DNA of 64,000 nt from a virus (taxonomy: Duplodnaviria > Caudoviricetes). The stretch lies in IMG/VR virus record IMGVR_UViG_3300005937_000003, positions 1 to 64,000 of that record; one strand, written 5' to 3'. Position 1 is the first letter of the stretch. Every line of letters begins with the position of its first letter. Of the stretch, positions 8,563-17,693 are shown one piece after another. A program made the translations under genes and the position numbers. Below the pieces are notes generated by a model that ran no database searches, was not told the origin of the DNA, and was given only the letters and a program-made list of their open reading frames with translations.

Positions 8563-11330
8563 GTGGCCAGGCCCTCGGAAGCCATATTGCCGAAGGCCAC
8601 GCGTAGCTGGCTGCCCAACAGGCTAAACAGGCGGCTGGCCTGCTCCTCGACGGCTGCCGACACCTCGTCGCCCACGCCAGGCGCCGCGCCAGAGGCGTCG
8701 ATCTGGAAGACGGGCGCGAAGACCAGCCCGCCGCCGCCCATCGCCGCCATCTGGCCAGGCGTCAGCACGAACTCGTTGGCGCCCGTGGTGTTGGCGGCCA
8801 GCGTCATGCCAGGTGGCAAGACACCGCCTCGGTCGTACGGCTGGTAGGCGCCGCCCGCCGCCAGGCTGGACACGCCAGGCACGTTGGCGATGTCGCCGTA
8901 GCGGTCTTGGATGTAGCGGATACCCGCGATGATCTGGGCGATGGGGTCCATCGGGTCCATGCCAGCAGGCGTGTAGTGCGCTCGGTTGGTGCCCGTTAGC
9001 TGCATCAGGCCCACGCTGGCGTTGTTGTTCTGGGCGTTGATGTCGGTCGAGTTCATGGCCATCGGATTGCCGCCCGACTCGTGCTGGATGATCTGGCTGA
9101 GCGGCCCAGCCCACGAGGCGGGCACGCCCGTGGCCTGGATGGCCGCGTCGATCCAGCCGCCGACGTCGGTGCCGCCGAAGACGTTCGACAGGTTGGACAT
9201 GAAGGCCATGATGTCGGGCATGCGCGCCTGCAGGCCGTTGATCAGGCCCTGCATGATGTTGGTGCCGATACCCTCGAAGACCAGCGACGGGGAGTGGATG
9301 CCGAGTGCATCCTTGATGAACTGCGGGATCTTGTCGGTGATGTTGGTCCGAATCCAGCCCAGCAGGTCAGGCCCGCCCAGGCCCTTGATCAGCCCGTTGA
9401 CCATCTCGGCGCCGATCTCGACCAGGCGCAGCGGCAACGTCAGCAGCACCGTCAGGGTGTTGTTCTTGAGGTCTTCCCACAGCTTGACGATGGCGGGGAT
9501 GGCAGGCTCGATGACGTTGTGCCACAGCCAGTCGATCAGGCGGCCGAACTCGGTGATGATCGGCCCGACCACCTGCTTGATGGACTCCCAGGCGCCGTTG
9601 ACCATGTTCCTGAAGTCCTCGTTGGTGTTGTAGGCAAACACCAGGGCGGCCGCGAGGCCGATCAATAGGCCCGCGATGAGCACGAACGGGTTGAGCATCA
9701 TGACCGCGTTCAGCAGCGCCTGGGCGGCCGCAGCGGCGTACATCTGGGCCACCCACAGCGCCATCGGCGCGGCCTGCGCGAGCAGGATGGCGGTACGGAT
9801 GGCCAACACCGCGTTCTGGATGATGAACATGGCCGTCAGCGCCGAGATCACCCCGACCAGCGCGCTCTGCGCCCACTTGTTCTTCTCCAGCCACTCCCAC
9901 ATGGTGCGGAAGGTGTTGATGACGTCGGTGCCCGCCTTGATCAGCCCGGGGATGGCCACGGTGGCCGTGAAGATCATGGCGTCGCGCAGGGCGAAGAAGA
10001 AGAAAATGACGGGGCTATCCTCCTCCAGGCTGAAGATGCCCCCCTTGAAGTCGCCCGTGACCATCATCTGGATCAGGTTCCAGATGCTGCTGAGCGCGCT
10101 CACGACGTCGCTGGCGAACTGCTTGATCGACGGGATGGCGTCCATGAAGCTCTGCAGGAAGGGCTGGACCATGTCCGCCGTCTCCTGGCCGAAGGTGTCG
10201 CGGATCAGGTCGTAGATCACGCCGATGGCGCCCGAGTCGCTGGTGAAGGCGGTGAACAGCGCCTGGACGCCCGTGACCAGCGTGCCGAAGCCCTTGGCCA
10301 GGTTGGTGACGAAGGTCGCCATCGTGGCGCCCGCCGACTTGGCCCACGCCTCGAAGTCGGCCGATGACAGGAAGTCGAGCAAGCCCGCCACGGCGTCCTT
10401 GGCCGCCACGAACAGCGGCTGGAACATCTCGGCGGACGTGATGGCGATGGCGTCCGACAGCGAACTGGTCAGGCCCGACCACGTGCTGGCCTGCTTGGCC
10501 ATCGCGCCGCTGAAGCGGTTCAGGTCGCCGCTGAAGGCCTTCCAGATCTGGTCACCCTTGGCGCCCGCCTTCTCCAGTTGCTCGATCTTCTGGGCCGCCT
10601 GCGGGCTGAGCACGGCCAGTTCCTGCAGACGCATCCTGGCCTCACCGAACGGCTGGCCCGCCTGGATGGCCGCGTAGGCCCTGCCCATCCAGAAGCTGAT
10701 GTCCTTGATGTCGCCGCCCGTGGCCGCCGCCGCGTCACCGAACATGGTCAGGTACTGCTGGGTGTCCAGCGCGTCGCCGCCGAAGGTCCGCAGCAGGCGG
10801 CTGGCGTCGATGACGGGCTGCGTCTCGAAGGGCGTCTTCTTGGCGAACTCGAACAGGCTCTGGACGTGCGCCCGCGCCCTGTCGGCGTCGCCCATCAGCG
10901 TCTCGAACTGCAGCGTGGACGTCTCCAGCGTCGCGTTCATGCCGATGATGGCGCCCTTGACCATGCCGAAGCCCTGGCCCGCCACGTTGAGCAGTTGCTG
11001 GCCGATGCCCTGGCCGATGCCCATGACCATCTGCTCGCCCTGCATCTTGAGGCCGCTCATCATGTTGCGGAAGGGCGCCGAGAACTTGTCCGCCAGGGTG
11101 ACGGGCAGGCTGAGGGCCTTGTTGGCCAGCCCGCGAGCGGTGTTCATCAGCATCTGCAGCGGCCTGGTCAGCAGGTCGTTGAGCTTGAGCGTGACGCTGT
11201 ACGGGTTCTTGGAGACGCGGTTGAGGTCGGCCTCGGTCTTCTGGACGTTCTTCTGGACGGTGTTCAGCGCGGCCCGCGACTGGTCGCGCACCTCGACCTG
11301 AATGATCTCGTGGTAGAGGTTGGAGGCCAC
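8559..11330 (-). CDS. Tape measure protein with C-terminal lytic transglycosylase (SLT)
   Basis: 923 aa helical, Ala/Trp-periodic; FETLMG.A.RA..FAKKTPFE tape-measure motif; IIQHESGGNP..GLMQL..IIAGIRYIQDRYG SLT motifs. Confidence 0.92.
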   Translation of the reverse strand: MASNLYHEIIQVEVRDQSRAALNTVQKNVQKTEADLNRVSKNPYSVTLKLNDLLTRPLQMLMNTARGLANKALSLPVTLADKFSAPFRNMMSGLKMQGEQMVMGIGQGIGQQLLNVAGQGFGMVKGAIIGMNATLETSTLQFETLMGDADRARAHVQSLFEFAKKTPFETQPVIDASRLLRTFGGDALDTQQYLTMFGDAAAATGGDIKDISFWMGRAYAAIQAGQPFGEARMRLQELAVLSPQAAQKIEQLEKAGAKGDQIWKAFSGDLNRFSGAMAKQASTWSGLTSSLSDAIAITSAEMFQPLFVAAKDAVAGLLDFLSSADFEAWAKSAGATMATFVTNLAKGFGTLVTGVQALFTAFTSDSGAIGVIYDLIRDTFGQETADMVQPFLQSFMDAIPSIKQFASDVVSALSSIWNLIQMMVTGDFKGGIFSLEEDSPVIFFFFALRDAMIFTATVAIPGLIKAGTDVINTFRTMWEWLEKNKWAQSALVGVISALTAMFIIQNAVLAIRTAILLAQAAPMALWVAQMYAAAAAQALLNAVMMLNPFVLIAGLLIGLAAALVFAYNTNEDFRNMVNGAWESIKQVVGPIITEFGRLIDWLWHNVIEPAIPAIVKLWEDLKNNTLTVLLTLPLRLVEIGAEMVNGLIKGLGGPDLLGWIRTNITDKIPQFIKDALGIHSPSLVFEGIGTNIMQGLINGLQARMPDIMAFMSNLSNVFGGTDVGGWIDAAIQATGVPASWAGPLSQIIQHESGGNPMAMNSTDINAQNNNASVGLMQLTGTNRAHYTPAGMDPMDPIAQIIAGIRYIQDRYGDIANVPGVSSLAAGGAYQPYDRGGVLPPGMTLAANTTGANEFVLTPGQMAAMGGGGLVFAPVFQIDASGAAPGVGDEVSAAVEEQASRLFSLLGSQLRVAFGNMASEGLAT

Positions 11331-11575
11331 TTACCTGCGCCTGGACGGCCGTGACGGCGGGGCTGGCTGGTTCTGCTGCTTGCGCAGGTTCTCCAGTTGC
11401 TCGTTCTCAGCGCGGCCCATCTCCCACTCGCTGGCTGTGATGAACACTCGGCACCCCCGACAGATCGGCTCGGCGGCTGTAGCTCGGCCCTCGAACTGGC
11501 AGGGCGTCAGGTGGTGCTTCTGCCAGATGCGGTGGTAGAGCGTCAGTCGGCGCCCGCCGAACCTTATGGTTTTGC
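11331..11575 (-). CDS. Tail assembly chaperone -1 frameshift extension (gpGT-like)
   Basis: The -1 frame relative to the chaperone is open from GCAAAA (11570-11575) to TAA at 11331 and encodes ...TLYHRIWQKHHLTPCQF..EWEMGRAENEQLENLRKQQ; no good independent start. Confidence 0.6.
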
Positions 11576-12244
11576 GACCCGATCCACCTCGCTCTCGGCC
11601 TGGTTCATCAGCCCCGAGTGGCCGTAGATGGCGTTGACCGCCTGCAGCTTCTCGCCTGCGTCGAGCATCTTGTCAATGACCTCGACGCCGTTGCCCACGC
11701 GCAGCCGCTTGACGATCTCGGGGCGGTCCCAGTAGCTGGCCTTGTCCTCGGGCACGGTGGCGTTGTAGATCACCCACGAGCGCATCCTGGCCTGGTTGAC
11801 CTGCTCGACGCGTGGCCCGCCAGGGATATCGCGGTTGGCCACCCAGGCCGTGGCACGGCGTTGGGCGGCTTCGATGTCGGCGTCGCTCTGCTTGAGGAAG
11901 CGGATGCGCATCGCCTGCTTGACGGGCTTGCCCTCGTCGTCGGTCACCAGGCTGCCGTCCACGTGGTGTAGCTCGAACTGGAAGCGCGGGAAGGTGCACA
12001 CGACCACCGCCACCGCACCCTCGTCAATAGCCTCGAACAAGCCCGCCAGGATGTCTGGCTCGGCGGCGCCGTAGTAGGCGCGGTCCTGCTCGACGGTACG
12101 CGGCCGCTCGGCCTCGTCGGGGGCGTGCAGGTGCGCGGGTTTGACCTCACGCTCGTCGTCGTCGTAGCCAGGCACCTCGACGCTGCCGTTGGTGCCTGGC
12201 ATGTCCGATTCGGTGATGTGCACCAGGGGTTGCTGCTGTGACAC
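11564..12244 (-). CDS. Tail assembly chaperone (XkdN-like)
   Basis: Between tube and tape measure; VIYNATVPEDK..W..LDAGEK pattern. Confidence 0.8.
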   Translation of the reverse strand: MSQQQPLVHITESDMPGTNGSVEVPGYDDDEREVKPAHLHAPDEAERPRTVEQDRAYYGAAEPDILAGLFEAIDEGAVAVVVCTFPRFQFELHHVDGSLVTDDEGKPVKQAMRIRFLKQSDADIEAAQRRATAWVANRDIPGGPRVEQVNQARMRSWVIYNATVPEDKASYWDRPEIVKRLRVGNGVEVIDKMLDAGEKLQAVNAIYGHSGLMNQAESEVDRVAKP

Positions 12245-12263
12245 GGGTTACCTCGTTTGTGAC

Positions 12264-12713
12264 TTAACCGCCGAGTGCCGAGTCGATGTCGGGGATCTCC
12301 AGCACGCGATAGCTGTGGTCCCTGGTCATCGTGTCGCCAGGACTGGCGGCGGCCAGGCGGAAGGTGCCGTCAGGCACACACTTGTCGCAGATGTAGCGGC
12401 CCACGGCGCCGTCTGGGCGGAAGACCTCGCCCACGAAGCGGAAGTTGGGCTGGCTGACGCTCTTGAGTTGGCGCAGTCGCTCCAGGGGCAGGGCGTCGTC
12501 AATGGTGATCTCGGTGAAGGTCAGCGTGAAGGTCACCGACTGCAGCACGGGGATGGGCGCAATCACCCCGACGGGTTGGGTGTCGCTGTTGGAGTAGTTT
12601 TCCTGAATCTCCCACGTGCTGCAGGCGCCGAACGGCTGGCCGTCCCAGTAGAACGCGCCTCGGAAGCCCGCGATCAGTTGGGTCGGATCGACGGGCCTGG
12701 TGTTCATGGTCAT
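12264..12713 (-). CDS. Tail tube protein (XkdM-like)
   Basis: 149 aa downstream of sheath; LIAGFRGAFYWDG..F.F.G...PDG..GRYICDKCVPDG motif. Confidence 0.8.
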   Translation of the reverse strand: MTMNTRPVDPTQLIAGFRGAFYWDGQPFGACSTWEIQENYSNSDTQPVGVIAPIPVLQSVTFTLTFTEITIDDALPLERLRQLKSVSQPNFRFVGEVFRPDGAVGRYICDKCVPDGTFRLAAASPGDTMTRDHSYRVLEIPDIDSALGG

Positions 12714-12979
12714 GCTTTCGGCTGGGCCTCCTCGTCCTCCTCATCCTCCTCGCCCTCGGCGGGTTGCTGCTCGGGCGTGCCACCCTCGATGGGTGTCGGC
12801 TCGGGCGGCTGCGGCCCTGGCTGCTGGCCTGGCGGCTGCGGTCCTGGCAGCGGCTGCTCGGGATGCGGCTGGCCTGGCGGCCCGCCCTGCGGATGCTCGC
12901 CCGTCTGGCCAGGCGGCCCACCGTGGGGATGCTCGGGCGCGTCCTCTGGTTTGCCCTTGTCGTTGTCCTGCTGCGTCAT
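12710..12979 (-). CDS. Small Pro/Gln/Gly-rich, acidic-tailed disordered protein
   Basis: SD GGAG before ATG; repeats HP(H/Q)GGPPGQ and QPPG; stop overlaps the tube start (ATGA). Confidence 0.6.
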   Translation of the reverse strand: MTQQDNDKGKPEDAPEHPHGGPPGQTGEHPQGGPPGQPHPEQPLPGPQPPGQQPGPQPPEPTPIEGGTPEQQPAEGEEDEEDEEAQPKA

Positions 12980-12991
12980 GGCTGCTGCTCC

Positions 12992-14443
12992 TTACGGGAA
13001 CATCGCGTTGAGGATGAGGCGCTCGGCGCCGTCCGCGTCCACGAGGTTGTGGAAGACGAAGAAGGCCTCGTCGGCCTCCGCTGTGGGCTGGCGGGTCACG
13101 TCCACCGCGACCTCGCCCGAGATGAGTGCGCCGCTGGCGATCATGCCATTGACCACCGCCTGGGCGGCCGTCTTCAGCACACCGCGCCCCGTGTCGGTGT
13201 TGTTGACTGACCCGATCATGTCGTCCCACTGTGCCGTGATGTCGTCAATCAGGTAGAAGCGCGTCATCACGCGGCGCATCTTGCCCCACGCCTGGCTCAT
13301 CGACTCGGCCCAGATCGGCGGCGTGGCGGGGTTGGTCAGGGTGTTGACGCCCTCGGAGATCCACACGCGGCCTCGGAAGCTCAGACTGAAGGTTGATAGG
13401 CCCGCCAGCTTGGCCTCGGTCAACTGGTCGTCGGTGAGCGCGCCCGCGATGGCCGTGGCGTCGGGGATGACGCGGTGGGTGAGTTGCTGGTTGGGCTTGC
13501 TCGACGTGTAGGCGCCCGCCAGGCGGCCTGCGGCCAGGTAGCCGTCGCACACGATGGTGCTCAGGCCGTCCGCGCCGTGCCGCTCGAAGCCGTTGCCGAC
13601 GATGACCACCGCTGGGTTGTTGGCGGTGGTCGCCCGCGTCTTGCGGTTGGCCCACGTCTCGGTGATCGGGATGCCCAGGACGGCCACGCGACGTCGGCCG
13701 TGCATGTTCTGGTCATCCACCCAGGCGCGCACGATGGTGTGCGTCGCCTCATCCTCGGCGTCCACACACGCGACGAAGAAGTTCTCCTTGCCCAGTTCGG
13801 TCAGCGCGGTGCTGTACGCGCTCGAATCAATCGTCGGCGCGGTGCCAGGCGGGATGGCCTTCTGGGCCACATCCTTGACCGTGCCGTCGCCAGCGGCGGT
13901 CTTGGTGATGGTCACGTACAGGCTGTTGCCGTTGACCGCGCTGACCAGACTGTCGATCTCATTGACCGTGCCCGCCTTCTTGGGGAACTTCCACAGTTCG
14001 CGCTGGACGGTGCCCTCGTAAACCACCAGTTCGCGCACGTTCGGGTCGCTCAGGCTGGTGCGCACGCTGTAGCCGAACGCCCGCGTGCCTGGATACAGGA
14101 TCTTGATGTTGCCCACGGTCGCCGCCGCGCCGTCTTGCAGCGTGTCGGTGCCCTGTGTGCCGCCAGTGCCGACGCGCACGATGACGCCCGTGACGGCACC
14201 CCCGTTGAAGATCTCCTCGGCGCCGTCCATCGTGTTGCCCGCCTCGCCAGACTCGCCGTAGGTGTCGCGGATCTGGCTGCGGGACAGCATCTCGACGGCC
14301 TCGTTGGTCGGCCCCCAGTTGGCCCTGCCCACGTAGCCGAAGCGGCCTCGGATGAAGCTCGGCAGCGGCGTGCTGGTGGTGATGCGCAGCCCGACGCCAG
14401 CGCGGACCATCACCTCGTTGGCGCGTACGATCTGACCTGGCAT
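12992..14443 (-). CDS. Contractile tail sheath protein
   Basis: 483 aa; RAGV N-terminus, G.ANWGP.NE, EGVNTL, W.KMRRV..R motifs of XkdK-type sheaths. Confidence 0.9.
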   Translation of the reverse strand: MPGQIVRANEVMVRAGVGLRITTSTPLPSFIRGRFGYVGRANWGPTNEAVEMLSRSQIRDTYGESGEAGNTMDGAEEIFNGGAVTGVIVRVGTGGTQGTDTLQDGAAATVGNIKILYPGTRAFGYSVRTSLSDPNVRELVVYEGTVQRELWKFPKKAGTVNEIDSLVSAVNGNSLYVTITKTAAGDGTVKDVAQKAIPPGTAPTIDSSAYSTALTELGKENFFVACVDAEDEATHTIVRAWVDDQNMHGRRRVAVLGIPITETWANRKTRATTANNPAVVIVGNGFERHGADGLSTIVCDGYLAAGRLAGAYTSSKPNQQLTHRVIPDATAIAGALTDDQLTEAKLAGLSTFSLSFRGRVWISEGVNTLTNPATPPIWAESMSQAWGKMRRVMTRFYLIDDITAQWDDMIGSVNNTDTGRGVLKTAAQAVVNGMIASGALISGEVAVDVTRQPTAEADEAFFVFHNLVDADGAERLILNAMFP

Positions 14444-14826
14444 CAGGCAGCCCCTCCTTCAGGTGGCGCGGTCTGAAGCTCGCTCACGGGGGCGGGTGGC
14501 TGCTCACCCGCCGCGACGGCCGCGTTGGCCGTCTCGCGTGCCTCGATTGACTCGGCTGGCTCGCCCTCGGGCGGCGGGGCTTGCGGCGGCGACCACGGCT
14601 GGTTGTTCTGGATGGCGGTGATCATTTCGTCCGCCTGGGTCTTGGTCAGGCCCATCAGCGCCGTGTCGCGAGTGAACTGCGCGAAGTAGGCCGACGCCAG
14701 CGCCCGCTGGCCCGATTCGCTGAGCGCGGACTGCACGTCTTCAGACCCGTACAGCGGCTCGGTGGCCACCTGCTCGGCTGGCTCCTCGGTCGGCTGCGAC
14801 TCTGGCGGCGTCTGGGGTTCGGTCAT
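14443..14826 (-). CDS. Acidic Pro/Glu-rich hypothetical protein
   Basis: 127 aa with SD GGGAGG; coupled to sheath start. Confidence 0.65.
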   Translation of the reverse strand: MTEPQTPPESQPTEEPAEQVATEPLYGSEDVQSALSESGQRALASAYFAQFTRDTALMGLTKTQADEMITAIQNNQPWSPPQAPPPEGEPAESIEARETANAAVAAGEQPPAPVSELQTAPPEGGAA

Positions 14827-14839
14827 GGCAATCCTCCCG

Positions 14840-15751
14840 TCAGGGTTGTGGTTCGGGCGACTCGCCTACCAGCGTGCCGTCGCGGATCTCGGCGTGCTCG
14901 ACTTTGGCCTGATCTGGGTCGTCGTACGGAATCCACGGGTAGTGCACTGGATCGGTGCCCGCCCAGTAGTCGCCATTTCTGGCGCCATACGACACGTCCA
15001 CGCTGATCTGCCCATCGGTGTGCGGATCGGCCTCGGGTTCGGCACGCGTTGGCTCGATGGTGGCCAGGTAGGTGTTGGCGTAGCGGATCGAGGCCCTCGG
15101 CAGGATGGCCGCCAGGCGGTCGAGGTTGGTTACGACGATCTGCGGGTCGGTGGTCACGATGTGCCCGACCAGCGTCGAGCGCATCTTGTCCAGCCAGATG
15201 TTGTAGTGCTCGGCCTCGTCGCGGACTCGCGGGCTTTCGGTCACCTGCCACCAGATGTCGGTGCCCGGGAAGTGCACAGCCGACCACTCGTTGAACGCGA
15301 CGGCCAGCGGATGGGTGGCCCCTGGCGCGGTGCTGGTCGTCTTGACCGAATCGAAGCGGAGTGGGCGGGTGTAAGCGTCCCACTCGGCCACGGGGGTGTC
15401 CTGGGTGCTGACGCCACCGTAGTTGAGTTGGTAGCTCACCCCGTCCACATCAAGGATCTGCTTGTCCAGCCGCAGCAGCACCAGCCCGCACAGCAGGTCG
15501 AGATCCTGCCAGGTCTGGTTCTCGGCGTAGGGCCAGACGTCGATGGAGTCGCCCAGGTTGCCCCAGTATTGGCCGACCGTCTGCGGCCCCAGGCGGACGA
15601 TCACGAACGGCAGCCCGCTGGCCTGGCCCGTGGCGATGGGCGAAGGCAGGTCGGTGCTCGTCCTGGCGCCTTCAAGCTCCAGCACGTCCTGGCCCCACGG
15701 GTCGGTGCCGTCACCGATCAGCTTGAGGCGCACCTCCTCGCGGATGCTCAC
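14840..15751 (-). CDS. Tail completion / sheath terminator-like protein
   Basis: GTG start overlapping the upstream TGA (MSIREEVRLKL); position upstream of sheath. Confidence 0.65.
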   Translation of the reverse strand: MSIREEVRLKLIGDGTDPWGQDVLELEGARTSTDLPSPIATGQASGLPFVIVRLGPQTVGQYWGNLGDSIDVWPYAENQTWQDLDLLCGLVLLRLDKQILDVDGVSYQLNYGGVSTQDTPVAEWDAYTRPLRFDSVKTTSTAPGATHPLAVAFNEWSAVHFPGTDIWWQVTESPRVRDEAEHYNIWLDKMRSTLVGHIVTTDPQIVVTNLDRLAAILPRASIRYANTYLATIEPTRAEPEADPHTDGQISVDVSYGARNGDYWAGTDPVHYPWIPYDDPDQAKVEHAEIRDGTLVGESPEPQP

Positions 15752-16104
15752 CACTTGCTCCACACCCGCTTCCAGGCGCGGCGGACCTCCTGGCGGTACA
15801 GGACGGCGGTCGGGCGGACGATGGCGAACTTGCCCGCGTTCTTGAGTTCGAGCCAGATGCCGTAGTCCATGCCGTGGCTGAGCTTGAGCGAGATGCGCGT
15901 GCGCTGTGGCGCGTGAGCCACCGCGACCGTGCCCGAGAGGCTGTTGCGAGCATTGCGCGTGATGTTGTTCCACGGCGCGTTCTGCTTCATGTAGCCCTCG
16001 GCCTCGCCGCCCAGCGGCTGGATGGCCATAATCGTGGCGCCGATGTGACGCTGGACCTTCTGCGAGATGGCGCCGCTGACGTTGACGTGGTTGGTGTACG
16101 GCAC
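15748..16104 (-). CDS. HK97 gp10-like neck protein
   Basis: EAEGYMKQNAPWNNITRNARNSL..LSHGMDYGIWLEL..GKFAIVRPT motif. Confidence 0.8.
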   Translation of the reverse strand: MPYTNHVNVSGAISQKVQRHIGATIMAIQPLGGEAEGYMKQNAPWNNITRNARNSLSGTVAVAHAPQRTRISLKLSHGMDYGIWLELKNAGKFAIVRPTAVLYRQEVRRAWKRVWSKW

Positions 16105-16553
16105 TAGCTCACCCTGGTCAGCCCGAGTTGCCAGCCGACGTTGGCGCCCTGGATGCTCATCTGCTGGACGCGCTCGATGCGCATGCGGCCGTACACCGCG
16201 TGCAGAAGCTCGTAGTCGCTCATCGCGTCGGCCCCGCCGCTCGGCCAGATGGCATCGCCATCGACCAGCTTCAGGCTCGCGCCCCAGGTCACGTCGCGGT
16301 CCTGGCGCGTGTTCTCGTCGCCCTGGCGACCGCGCTCCTGATTCTGGCCACCGCCCGACCAGTACACGTAGCACTGGTACGGGCCGAAGGTCTGGCGCTC
16401 CTTGCGCTGGTAACCCTCGCCTGGCACACGCTCCTGGCGCACGGCGGCCTCGATGGTCACCTGGGTGCCCAGGAAGTCGATGGTCGCCTCGCGAGCCTCG
16501 CGCACCTTCTGGGCGTTGCCGCTGCTCCACGGGACGGTCCTGGCGCGGCTCAT
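16104..16553 (-). CDS. Head-tail joining (stopper) protein
   Basis: ATG overlapping the upstream TGA; beta-rich, neck-module position. Confidence 0.6.
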   Translation of the reverse strand: MSRARTVPWSSGNAQKVREAREATIDFLGTQVTIEAAVRQERVPGEGYQRKERQTFGPYQCYVYWSGGGQNQERGRQGDENTRQDRDVTWGASLKLVDGDAIWPSGGADAMSDYELLHAVYGRMRIERVQQMSIQGANVGWQLGLTRVS

Positions 16554-17101
16554 TGCTCGGGCACGGTCGCCACGACCGTCTCCGCGCTGGGCCAGCGCCA
16601 GCCCGCCTTGATGTAGTGCAGCAGGCGGCTCATGTCGCCTGGCCACCAGGGCACGCCCGTCCCAGGTGCACCCTGCCACGGGTCGTTGGGGTCGCTGGGC
16701 GTGTAGTACGGCACGTTGATGCCTGGCATGGGCACCGCCGCGATGCTCAGGATGCGCGCCCCGCCAGCCCCTGGCACAGCAGGCGCCATGCCTGCGGGGA
16801 TCTGGTTGTACCAATACTCGGCCATCTGCTTGCAGAAGTCGAGCAGGTCCGACGGGTCGGCCCACTTGAACTGCTCGCTGCCCATCTGCGCCGAGACGAG
16901 GCCGCCCGCCGTGGTCATCGACAGGCGGATGCCCTTGACCACCCAGCCGCGCCACGAGGCCTCCTCGATGGTCTGGCTCTGAATCAGCAGGTTGTCGATC
17001 TCGGCGTTGGTGAACATGGTGTCGGCGTCAGTGCCCCCTTCGGGGATGACCTCGTCCAAGTTCATGCGCAGCGTCAGGCGCAGGTCGTCGGTGGGCGTCA
17101 T
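16550..17101 (-). CDS. Head-tail adaptor protein
   Basis: LRLTLR..LDE.IPEGG.D.DT.FT..EIDNLL..W..K motif; follows capsid cluster. Confidence 0.7.
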   Translation of the reverse strand: MTPTDDLRLTLRMNLDEVIPEGGTDADTMFTNAEIDNLLIQSQTIEEASWRGWVVKGIRLSMTTAGGLVSAQMGSEQFKWADPSDLLDFCKQMAEYWYNQIPAGMAPAVPGAGGARILSIAAVPMPGINVPYYTPSDPNDPWQGAPGTGVPWWPGDMSRLLHYIKAGWRWPSAETVVATVPEQ

Positions 17102-17104
17102 GGC

Positions 17105-17683
17105 TCAGGCCTGGGCGGCTTGCTGCTCCTCGGCGGCCGCCTGCAGGCGCTCCTGCTGGGCCTTCTGGCGCTCAGCGATGGACTCGGCCGACTCCATACG
17201 TGCCTGCTGCTCGGCCTCGACCGCGTCGCGCTCGACCTGGGCGGCCTCGGGCGAGTTGGGGTCCATCGGCATCTCGGGCGCGACGCCCGTAAGCTCCTCC
17301 TGCTGGATGGCGCCCTCGGCGGTGCCGCGAATGAGTTGCTCGTCGCCAGGTCGCGGTAACGGGGCGGGCGCGGCGATCTCCAGCCTGGGTGCCGCGAGCG
17401 ACTCCCACGGCGGTGCCGCAGGCTCGGCCTGCGCGACAGTCGGATCGGCCGCCAGCCGCAGCGCTGCCCCGATGGGCGTGTTGTTGGCGCCCTCAGCGTA
17501 GTTGCTCAGGCTGCCCTGCGGCAGGGTCGGGGTGTGCGGAAGCTCGGCGGGCGCAAGCTGCGGCTGCTCGGCCGCCTGCTGGCCACTGCTGGCGGGCCTG
17601 GCCGCGACGCTGGTGCGACGCGATACCTGGCCGCTGGTGGTCGCGGTGCTACCGCCCTCGGGCGGGGAGGTGGTGTCGCTCAT
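17105..17683 (-). CDS. Acidic Ala/Pro/Glu-rich hypothetical protein
   Basis: SD AAGGAGG before MSDTTSPPEGG; low-complexity with C-terminal helix. Confidence 0.65.
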   Translation of the reverse strand: MSDTTSPPEGGSTATTSGQVSRRTSVAARPASSGQQAAEQPQLAPAELPHTPTLPQGSLSNYAEGANNTPIGAALRLAADPTVAQAEPAAPPWESLAAPRLEIAAPAPLPRPGDEQLIRGTAEGAIQQEELTGVAPEMPMDPNSPEAAQVERDAVEAEQQARMESAESIAERQKAQQERLQAAAEEQQAAQA

Positions 17684-17693
17684 GTGTGCCTCC

